32,000 nt of DNA from Hyperthermus butylicus DSM 5456 (GTDB lineage: Archaea; Thermoproteota; Thermoprotei_A; Sulfolobales; Pyrodictiaceae), in assembly GCF_000015145.1 (NCBI RefSeq), contig NC_008818.1, positions 1,635,164 to 1,667,163 on the forward strand. Reading direction: 5' to 3'. This document shows, in pieces, positions 18,573 to 30,350 of this stretch (the stretch's first letter is position 1; every line of letters starts with the position of its first letter). The position numbers and the translations under genes were made by a program. The notes under the pieces were generated by a model. That model saw nothing but the letters and a program-made list of their open reading frames with translations. It did no database searches and was not told where the DNA came from.

Positions 18573-19893
18573 ACCTCTCTAACAAATCTTTCCTCTTCTT
18601 GAGCTGTCTCATCATCTTCTTGACTGACTTGTAGTAGTTGTATAGCTCTCTAACCTCGCTAGGCTCGACGCCAGCACCAACTGCTATCCTCTTGACTCTA
18701 CTCCTTTCCTCTAATAGGTTGGGGTTATCAAGCTCTTCATAGGTCATAGAGTTCATTATTGTGAGCCACTTCTTGACCTTCTCCTCGCTAAGCCTTGCAG
18801 CTTCGTCAAGGCTCTCAAGCATAGTCGATATACCGGGTATCATTTGTAGTATTTTCCGGAATGGACCAAGCTTAGTAACTTGCTGCAACTGCTTATAGAT
18901 TGTTCTAAACGTTATCTTACCGGACATCATCTCGGCAACGGTCTTCTCAAATTCTTCAACACCCCTAAGTCTCTCAATCTTCTCTAGTAGTGACTCTAGA
19001 TCACCCATGCCAAGAAGTCTCGCTACAAACCTCTTGGGTCTAAACACCTCGATCTCATCAATGTCCTCGCCTGTACCGATGAATTTTATCCGAGCACCCG
19101 TAGCCGCTACAGCTGACAGCGCACCGCCACCCTTTGCTGTACCATCCATCTTTGTCACTATGATGCTACCTACGGGTGTGGCTTCATGGAATCTCTTAGC
19201 CAAGTCGTAGCTCTTCTGTCCCATGGCAGCGTCAATAACAAGTACGACCTCATCGGGCTTAATTGCTTCTGCAATACGCTTCATCTCATCTAACAGAGCT
19301 TCCTCCTCGCCGTAGCCGTGGCGGCCAGCAGTATCGACGATTACTATGTCTGCGCCACGCTGCTTGAGCTCCTCAACCCCCCTTCGGGCGATGCCAACTG
19401 GATCCTTAGAGCCGGGCTCACCGTAGAACATTGCACCAGCCCTATCGGCCAGCTGTTTAAGTTGCTCGTAGGCGCCGGGACGGTAGGTATCTGCAGCAAC
19501 AACACCTACACGGTAGCCCATGCCACGATAGAACTTTGCTAGCTTGCCGACAGTTGTGGTCTTACCGCTACCCTGCACACCAACCATCATGATTACATAG
19601 GGTGTATAGGGCGGCTTAACCTCTGGCTCATACTCGCCGCCAAATAGTTTCACAAGCTCATCATAGGTGAGCTTAACTAGCCATTCCCTCCTACTAAGGC
19701 CGGGCGGGGGCTGCTCCTTCAGAGCCCGCTCGCGAATACGCTTGGTGAGGTTGAAGACGAGCCTCACATTGACATCAGCTGAGATGAGGGCCCTCTGAAG
19801 GTCACGGATGAATTCATTTACAATGTTCTCGTAGGGCCCACTACGCTTTAACAGTTTGCTGACAGCCCTGCGGATATCGTCAAGCCCAGGCAT
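18550..19893 (-). CDS. srp54: Signal recognition particle 54 kDa protein (Ffh)
   Basis: VGVQGSGKTTTVGKLAKFY, DTYRPGAYEQLKQLA, DTAGRHGYGEE, TKMDGTAKGGGALSA and a C-terminal M domain. Confidence 0.97.
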   Translation of the reverse strand: MPGLDDIRRAVSKLLKRSGPYENIVNEFIRDLQRALISADVNVRLVFNLTKRIRERALKEQPPPGLSRREWLVKLTYDELVKLFGGEYEPEVKPPYTPYVIMMVGVQGSGKTTTVGKLAKFYRGMGYRVGVVAADTYRPGAYEQLKQLADRAGAMFYGEPGSKDPVGIARRGVEELKQRGADIVIVDTAGRHGYGEEEALLDEMKRIAEAIKPDEVVLVIDAAMGQKSYDLAKRFHEATPVGSIIVTKMDGTAKGGGALSAVAATGARIKFIGTGEDIDEIEVFRPKRFVARLLGMGDLESLLEKIERLRGVEEFEKTVAEMMSGKITFRTIYKQLQQVTKLGPFRKILQMIPGISTMLESLDEAARLSEEKVKKWLTIMNSMTYEELDNPNLLEERSRVKRIAVGAGVEPSEVRELYNYYKSVKKMMRQLKKRKDLLERFARLGGV

Positions 19894-20065
19894 TTACAGC
19901 CCCATAAGACACTGGGAAACATGGAACTAGCCCTAATAACGCCAGTGGACCAGGCTACACAAGAATAGCGAATAACACAAGAATAAGTATGGACTAACAC
20001 ATGCAATAGGAAATTATAAATCTAGCTAAAACAACAAAAATATTGAAGAAGCCTCCAAACCATGG

Positions 20066-20476
20066 TTAGCTCTTTGGCGCGCCTCTGACTCGAGTAATCA
20101 TATAGCGGCCCATAACTACCCAGTATTCAACCTCAACGCCCGGCTGAAGCTTCGACTTGAGATCCTCGTCCTTGGGCTTCTCAACCTCGAAGGTCTCATA
20201 GGTCTCCATATCCATTATCTGAACCATATCACCCATATCAGCTATAACCTGGCCAATCCTCTTATCGATAATCGGCACCTCAACACGTGCATCAACTGGC
20301 GCAGTCAACGTTTTCTTGTTCCCCGAGAAGAGGCAAACCGCCACCACGTGGGCCTTAGCACTACCATGCTTACCAGTCTTAGCCTTACTCATCTCCACGA
20401 TACGACAAGGCTCACCATCGATCACAATGTAGCTGCCAACCTTTAGTTCGCCCAGAGTCGCATACGTCACACTCAC
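20066..20476 (-). CDS. eif5a: Translation initiation factor aIF5A (hypusine-type)
   Basis: [32 protein letters not shown] with the hypusination-site motif TGKHGSAK. The track ORF reaches 20506. I prefer a GTG start near 20476/20470 from the TATA-box position and the family N-terminus. Confidence 0.93.
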   Translation of the reverse strand: MSVTYATLGELKVGSYIVIDGEPCRIVEMSKAKTGKHGSAKAHVVAVCLFSGNKKTLTAPVDARVEVPIIDKRIGQVIADMGDMVQIMDMETYETFEVEKPKDEDLKSKLQPGVEVEYWVVMGRYMITRVRGAPKS

Positions 20477-20515
20477 AGCGCCCACCCAGTCCACGCCGCA
20501 GACCACAAAACCCTA

Positions 20516-20525
20516 CTTATAAGTT
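20516..20525 (-). promoter_or_regulatory. Putative TATA box for aIF5A
   Basis: Minus-strand AACTTATAAG about 40-50 nt upstream of the preferred GTG start. Confidence 0.45.
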
Positions 20526-20599
20526 AGGCCCAAGCACCCCATAAATAAAGACACAAAACTATTAAACCCCGCCCTGCAAAGGTAACGAGACAACATGGT

Positions 20600-20677
20600 G
20601 CCGCGGTAGTATAGCCTGGCCCAGTATGCGGGCCTGTCAAGCCCGTGACCCGGGTTCAAATCCCGGCCGCGGCGCCA
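20600..20677 (+). tRNA. tRNA-Asp (anticodon GTC) with encoded CCA
   Basis: GCCGCGG/CCGCGGC acceptor, CGGGC-CTGTCAA-GCCCG anticodon arm, CCGGG-TTCAAAT-CCCGG T arm, discriminator G at 20674, genomic CCA at 20675-20677. No intron. Confidence 0.95.
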
Positions 20678-20982
20678 ATCTCCTCCTCTCCACTACATGG
20701 CATGAACAGAATACCATTACCCAACATCTACTCGGGGGTCTGAAATATCGGAAACTATGCTCCCATCTAATCCGCTTCCACCACCGTTGACAAGAGAGTG
20801 TGGAAAGGAGTAGACGTATCTAGAATATCCATGATAGAGAGTTGGAAGCTGTGCTTCTTCCATCCCGTATAACGCTTCACTTCCATCACATTTATTTTAA
20901 GTAGGTTAAGCTTACTAACTGCCATGGGGCGGTGGACCAGACTTAGGGTTTAAAGCACGCTATTCTCGCTGTTACGATTGTC

Positions 20983-21717
20983 GTGCTCCTATCGGCCTCA
21001 GTTCCTGCCATAGCGTCAAATCCAAGCAGCCATGTCTATGGGCCTAGGGTATTACATGGAGAAGTTCAGGGCGAGGGGTTTACCTTCAATTATACGCTTA
21101 TAGCTGAGCCTCTCGTGGAGGGCCAGAATACACTGATACTACTGCTATACTCTTTCGCCTCTAGCCCTGAGGTTTCATCAGCCTCTCTATGGTCTCATAG
21201 GCTCATAGAGTCCTCCAGTGTTGCTTACCACCCTGAGAGAATATCCAGGAGCCTCAGCACACCCATGGACCATGGCGCCATCATAGTTAACGTTACAGCC
21301 ACTAACGCCAGGCCCGGAGAGATGGTGAACCTAACACTCAGTCTTGTGCTCAAGGTAGACTATGCCGGGGGAGAACGCTACCGCAGTAACTTAAGCTTGC
21401 CGCTCGAGTTATGGGTTCTCTCTGTCGAGGGCGGGATCCCGAAGGCCCTATCATATGGCGTGGCGTCATCGCTCATTGTGGTGGCCACGTCTCCGATACT
21501 GGCATTCCTCTACATTAGGGGTAGTAGGAGGGCAATATTCCTCATACTAGCTCTCGTAGCTGTTATCGTCCTCGCTTCGCTAAAGCCCGTGATCTACGGG
21601 TTTAGGAGTAGTAGCTGCACCAGTGACGGCTTTGTGCTTAGGTATTTGTGGACGAGCCCAGAGGGTGTCACGGGGGTCTTCTACGTATGGAGTGATGGAA
21701 GAGGACTATGTTCCTAA
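20983..21717 (+). CDS. Predicted secreted/membrane protein (signal peptide, TM segments near residues 160-205)
   Basis: MLLSASVPAIAS N-terminus, Asn/Ser/Thr-rich ectodomain, YGVASSLIVVATSPILAFLYIRG and AIFLILALVAVIVLASLKPVIYG. Confidence 0.6.
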   Translation: MLLSASVPAIASNPSSHVYGPRVLHGEVQGEGFTFNYTLIAEPLVEGQNTLILLLYSFASSPEVSSASLWSHRLIESSSVAYHPERISRSLSTPMDHGAIIVNVTATNARPGEMVNLTLSLVLKVDYAGGERYRSNLSLPLELWVLSVEGGIPKALSYGVASSLIVVATSPILAFLYIRGSRRAIFLILALVAVIVLASLKPVIYGFRSSSCTSDGFVLRYLWTSPEGVTGVFYVWSDGRGLCS

Positions 21718-21816
21718 ACCTCACTTATGGTACTGGAGGTTTACAGGAGGGTAGTGGCTGTCCCGCCCCTATCTGCTTGACAGGAGGCACTGAACTCCCT
21801 GGAGGTTCAGCTAGGG

Positions 21817-22098
21817 ATGGAAGCTACTACTACCATAACGCGCTTAGAAAAAGCGATAATCTATAGCGTCAAGGAAAGAGAAGCCATATACGACTCTTGT
21901 GGCCACCTCTTCAGACTCTGTAGGAGAGTAGATAGCAAGGCATGGTTCTACATACTCAATGCTAGCCTGGGCTATGACCCACCCATGGAGCCAAGGTATT
22001 ATGCCAAGCTCCTCCTAATCCCGCCCACCGTTTCAGCTATGCTCCCCCTGTTGGTCCTGTATAGGAGTGTTAGAGGGAAGACATGCCCGTCGACATAG
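21817..22098 (+). CDS. Small hypothetical ORF, possibly a remnant
   Basis: 93-aa ORF overlapping the start of the ABC ATPase fragment. One hydrophobic stretch (LLLIPPTVSAMLPLLVLY). Confidence 0.35.
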   Translation: MEATTTITRLEKAIIYSVKEREAIYDSCGHLFRLCRRVDSKAWFYILNASLGYDPPMEPRYYAKLLLIPPTVSAMLPLLVLYRSVRGKTCPST

Positions 22099-22475
22099 TA
22101 GTTGAGGGCCTACATAAGTATTACGGGAGAATTCACGCTGTTAGGGGAGCTTCATTCACAGTGCCCAGAGGCTCTGTCTTCGGGCTACTTGGACCTAACG
22201 GAGCTGGGATGGGCGTCGTAGGCTACTACATAGCCTTAGGCGCCACAGCCGGGATAGTCCAGAGCGTAGTCGGAGGCAGAACAGGAGAGCTCATAGCAGA
22301 GCTCCTAGGGTACGCCGACTTCTCGTACCATGTTAGGGTAGTACTCCACAAATGGATCTACGGCAGCCTAGAAGCATTATCCGAGAGAATTCTAGCGCCA
22401 AGCTACCCACATCTCACTCTCAATGCTCGTGGGGATCCCACTCCTACTCTACACGATATCGCTATTACATCCTAG
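22083..22475 (+). pseudogene. ABC transporter ATPase N-terminal fragment fused to unrelated sequence
   Basis: VEGLHKYYGRIHAVRGASFTVPRGSVFGLLGPNGAG is followed directly by MGVVGYYIALGATAGIVQSVVGG instead of K[ST]T. No Q-loop, signature or Walker B follows. Confidence 0.75.
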
Positions 22476-22706
22476 AAACATGGACCTAACATGAACAACG
22501 AACAAGAATAATGAATTATACCAAGGCGGTAACCCACAAGCCCATTTGCCAGAGGCCAACACGCCACTATACAACAACATTATCGTTACTGAGTATATTG
22601 TTGTTGCTGTTTTATTGATATAATGAGATATAGCTATAGCACTTAATACGCTAGAATAGCTACCATTAATGTGGGGTTAGGATTTAGAACTCGGCTGTAT
22701 CGGTAG

Positions 22707-23138
22707 CTAGAATATCACCTTAAACATACGCTGGCTACGCTTTATCTCCATCCTAATTCTTCCGACAAGGGCTCTTTTATTGGCTACAACGGCTATGAGT
22801 TTTCCATCAGCTATCTCGGTTATGACTACTGAGCCGGTAGTGTACTCTATGGATAGCATATTTAGCTCTCCAAGTCTAAGCGTTTTCGATAGTTCTAGTG
22901 CTGTATTGTAGAGCTTGGCGATTACTTCAGCTATAACATTAATATTTATATTTACTGTGCCATTCTTAACTATGAAGTCCACAACCTTGCCATCGCTTTG
23001 CAGTACTATTGCTGCATTCACGCCGTTTATTGCCGTGATGTTTGAAAGCAATGCTTTTACTGGCGTTGTCGACAAATTCCCACACTCCGGCTTCGTTGAG
23101 TTGTTAGAGTATAGAGCCTTATTTATAACATTAATCAC
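22707..23138 (-). CDS. Roadblock/LC7-domain-like protein
   Basis: LSNITAINGVNAAIVLQSDGKVVDF...IAEVIAKLYNTALELSKTLRLGELNMLSIEYTTGSVVITEIADGKLIAVVANKRALVGRIRMEI resembles archaeal roadblock/LC7 proteins. Confidence 0.6.
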   Translation of the reverse strand: MINVINKALYSNNSTKPECGNLSTTPVKALLSNITAINGVNAAIVLQSDGKVVDFIVKNGTVNININVIAEVIAKLYNTALELSKTLRLGELNMLSIEYTTGSVVITEIADGKLIAVVANKRALVGRIRMEIKRSQRMFKVIF

Positions 23139-23255
23139 TAGTAGTGCTGCTAACTATTCAGTCATCAGTACAACCGTTTATCCCACACGGTTGTAGAGTA
23201 ACTAATGGCTGTGAATAGGACGTTTCCCCGCTAAGCAATTACCTTGCTAAAAATG

Positions 23256-24023
23256 TTAGCCCTTACTCATAGCTTGTACAAGCATGTATAAGCCCATGGC
23301 AATATGGTAGGCAACAGCTATGCCTTGCAACGTTTTAACTCTAAGCTTGACAAGTATTCTTGACCCGATACTCGCTCCTGTATATGTACCGGCAAGGAGG
23401 GGTAGCGCTAGGAGAAAGTCTACCCTGCCGGCTATAAAGTGACCTATAACTCCTACCGCTGCTGTGATTCCGACCATGAGCTTGCTTGTTGCAACAGCGT
23501 GTTTGAGCCCAAGGCCGAGAATGAAGACTAGAACGGGGACCTTGAACACACCTCCACCTATGCCAAGAGTCGCCGATGCAAATCCAGCCATTAGCGCTAC
23601 AATCCACGAGGCTATAAGCCTAACAATGCTACGCCTATAGGCCTCAATGGTTGAGCTGAGCTTCCTTCTTGTTGTGAGGAGGAGAAACCCTGAAACTATC
23701 AACACTATGCCGAGGAGACCGCGGAGAAACCCTTCGGTAAGCCTGCCAACAGCTATAACGCCAACTAGGGCTCCAAGCCCCGATGCTGTCTCGAGGAAAA
23801 CAGCCAACATGACGTCAACAAGGCCTCGGCGGAACAGCCTACGGATACCACCCAGGCTCGTCCCAAGGATTGCCACGAGGCTAGCAGGTGCAGCAACTTT
23901 TACCGGGACGCCGAGAAGAACCAGGGCAGGCACCATTATGGCGCCGCCGCCTATACCTAGCAGTGTACCAACAAACCCCGCCACAACACCTACAAGAGGC
24001 ACCGCCAGAACTGCTACATCCAA
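23256..24023 (-). CDS. TauE/SafE (DUF81) family membrane transporter
   Basis: GVVAGFVGTLLGIGGGAIMVPALVLLGVPVKVAAPASL and FASATLGIGGGVFKVPVLVFILGLGLKHAVATSKLMVG, the duplicated GxGGGxxxVP motif. Confidence 0.92.
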   Translation of the reverse strand: MDVAVLAVPLVGVVAGFVGTLLGIGGGAIMVPALVLLGVPVKVAAPASLVAILGTSLGGIRRLFRRGLVDVMLAVFLETASGLGALVGVIAVGRLTEGFLRGLLGIVLIVSGFLLLTTRRKLSSTIEAYRRSIVRLIASWIVALMAGFASATLGIGGGVFKVPVLVFILGLGLKHAVATSKLMVGITAAVGVIGHFIAGRVDFLLALPLLAGTYTGASIGSRILVKLRVKTLQGIAVAYHIAMGLYMLVQAMSKG

Positions 24024-24117
24024 AGCCCAAGCTTCACCGTAAACAGCTGCTCTAGCGGGAGAAATTTACGCATACCGAGCCCCGGGAAGACATACACATG
24101 GCTGAGGGCGGCACGCA

Positions 24118-24927
24118 TTGCAAACACTCACCATAGCCCTACTACAGTTTGGCGCTACACACTCGAAAGAAGAGAGCCTCGAGAGGATAAGAAAGCTCAT
24201 TTCGCGCTACGAGAGAATAGTCTCCGAGGCGGATCTCCTACTAGTCCCCGAGTACTCCATGGCAGACCCTACAGGCCAGCCACCCGAGGCGATAGCAGCT
24301 ATAGCAGAGCCCCTCGAAGGGCCCTGGATAGGCTTCTTTGCCAGGCTCGCGAGAGAGTACAGCGTCCACGTGGTTGCAACACTCTACGAGAAAAGCAAGG
24401 CCGGAGGAAAACCATACAATACCGCGGCGCTGATCGCGCCTACTGGCGAGCTCCTAGCAGTATACCGTAAGATACACCTCTTTGACGCCTATGGCTACCG
24501 AGAGTCGGACTATTTTATGCCAGGCGCAGAACCAGCAAAACTGGCAACCATCAAGGGATTTCGCATAGCTCTAGCGGTATGCTTCGACCTACGCTTCCCA
24601 GAGCTATTCAGGACATATGCCCTGCAGGGAGCGGAGCTAGTAGCAGTCCCAGCAGCATGGTACCGGGGCCCCGCAAAGGAGGACCAGCTCCGAATAATCG
24701 CTGCGGCAAGGGCGCACGAAAACACAATGTACATAGCGGTAGCCTCACAGTACAATAGCAACTTTACAGGTAGAAGCCTGGTAGCAGACCCCTACGGCCT
24801 CGTACTCCTCGATGCAGGCCGTGGAGAGAAGATAGTCCAGATAGAGGTAGATAGGGAATCCCTTGAGGAGGCGCGCAGACAACTCCCACTACTCAAGCTA
24901 CGCAGGCCACACGCATACAAGCTCTAA
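24118..24927 (+). CDS. Carbon-nitrogen hydrolase (nitrilase superfamily)
   Basis: Glu-Lys-Cys elements LLLVPEYSM, YRKIHLFDAYGYRESDYF, FRIALAVCFDLRFPELFR. Confidence 0.92.
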   Translation: MQTLTIALLQFGATHSKEESLERIRKLISRYERIVSEADLLLVPEYSMADPTGQPPEAIAAIAEPLEGPWIGFFARLAREYSVHVVATLYEKSKAGGKPYNTAALIAPTGELLAVYRKIHLFDAYGYRESDYFMPGAEPAKLATIKGFRIALAVCFDLRFPELFRTYALQGAELVAVPAAWYRGPAKEDQLRIIAAARAHENTMYIAVASQYNSNFTGRSLVADPYGLVLLDAGRGEKIVQIEVDRESLEEARRQLPLLKLRRPHAYKL

Positions 24928-25238
24928 CAGCTATCACGGTCAGGCCACACGACAACATATCCACCGGAAAAACCTCCACGAACCCGCCTCTTCTCCTCAG
25001 CAGACCGTAGAACATACTCCAACCCATGACCCTTCAACCTAAGCCATTCGAGAAGAGCCTCAACAAGGTCAACAGCCTCGCCAACATCCCCTGACTCAGC
25101 AAGCTCGATAGCCTCCTCAACAATCTTAACTCTCAACAACGCCTCAAGCTGCTCGCCAGAAACCCTATAGACGAGAACACCCTCACGCCCAGAAAGCTCC
25201 TCACCAATGCGATCCCGTACAAGCTTCCAGCAAACCAC
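24924..25238 (-). CDS. MazG-like / phosphoribosyl-ATP pyrophosphohydrolase-like nucleotide pyrophosphatase
   Basis: CWKLVRDRIGEELSG...LRVKIVEEAIELAESGDVGEAVDLVEALLEWLRLKG, the KLVRDxI + EExxEL + D(L/V)xE pattern. The track ORF extends to 25343. Two GTG codons just before CWKLVRD (25241/25238) are more likely starts. Confidence 0.75.
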   Translation of the reverse strand: MVCWKLVRDRIGEELSGREGVLVYRVSGEQLEALLRVKIVEEAIELAESGDVGEAVDLVEALLEWLRLKGHGLEYVLRSAEEKRRVRGGFSGGYVVVWPDRDSC

Positions 25239-25371
25239 CACACAACACCAGCCAAGCAAGAGAAGACAACAGAGCCACGGAAAGGAGCGAACACTCAACC
25301 ACAGAACATGTACACAGCGCGCCATAGGAGTAACTATCAACACTCAGACGGGGGCCCAGGCCCCGCCACAA

Positions 25372-25406
25372 CGCCCCAGGGTCCTAGGCCCCGGGCCCTG
25401 GACCCC
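25372..25406 (-). promoter_or_regulatory. 23S rRNA processing stem, 3' arm with bulge-helix-bulge
   Basis: Minus-strand GGGGTCCAGGGCCCGG-GGCC-TAG-GACCCTGGGGCG, fully complementary to the leader arm at 28579-28613 apart from the TAG/AGA bulges. Confidence 0.9.
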
Positions 25407-25454
25407 TGGCGGGCCACGCAGCCCTATGACCAGCGTGGCCCGCCCCCGGGCGAG

Positions 25455-28558
<3,104 letters not shown>

Positions 28559-28578
28559 CGTGAGACCCGCCCAGGGGC

Positions 28579-28613
28579 GGGGTCCAGGGCCCGGTCTGGC
28601 CGACCCTGGGGCG
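28579..28613 (-). promoter_or_regulatory. 23S rRNA processing stem, 5' arm with bulge-helix-bulge
   Basis: Minus-strand CGCCCCAGGGTC-GGCC-AGA-CCGGGCCCTGGACCCC pairs with 25372-25406. Confidence 0.9.
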
Positions 28614-28619
28614 TGGCCA

Positions 28620-28651
28620 CCCACCGGGCCCGCTAGGGCCCCGGGCGCCGG
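28620..28651 (-). promoter_or_regulatory. 16S rRNA processing stem, 3' arm with bulge-helix-bulge
   Basis: Minus-strand CCGGCGCCCGGG-GCCC-TAG-CGGGCCCGGTGGG pairs with the leader arm at 30263-30294. Confidence 0.9.
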
Positions 28652-28697
28652 TGCAGCGGTGAACCGGGGTAGGCCCGGGCGCGGGCCCTCCTGCAGC

Positions 28698-30207
<1,510 letters not shown>

Positions 30208-30262
30208 CACGGCCGCAAGGCGGGCCCGTAGAACCGGGCCACCCCGGTGCCGCCCGCTGCTC

Positions 30263-30294
30263 CCGGCGCCCGGGTCTGCCCCGGGCCCGGTGGG
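30263..30294 (-). promoter_or_regulatory. 16S rRNA processing stem, 5' arm with bulge-helix-bulge
   Basis: Minus-strand CCCACCGGGCCCG-GGGC-AGA-CCCGGGCGCCGG pairs with 28620-28651. Confidence 0.9.
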
Positions 30295-30350
30295 CGGCGG
30301 GGCCTGGGCCCCCGTCGGGCCCAAGCGTCCCGGGGGTACATCCCCCGGGT

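Noticed and set aside
22915-23196. 93-aa hydrophobic plus-strand ORF opposite the roadblock-like gene
   Set aside because: The opposite strand gives a more plausible soluble domain protein. The hydrophobicity is a shadow effect.
23341-24042. ORFs 23341..23607 (-) and 23647..24042 (+)
   Set aside because: Alternative frames of the clear TauE/SafE transporter gene.
28560-28697. tRNA-Ala in the 16S-23S spacer
   Set aside because: The spacer is only about 140 nt and is filled by the two processing-stem arms. No tRNA fold is visible, as usual for crenarchaea.
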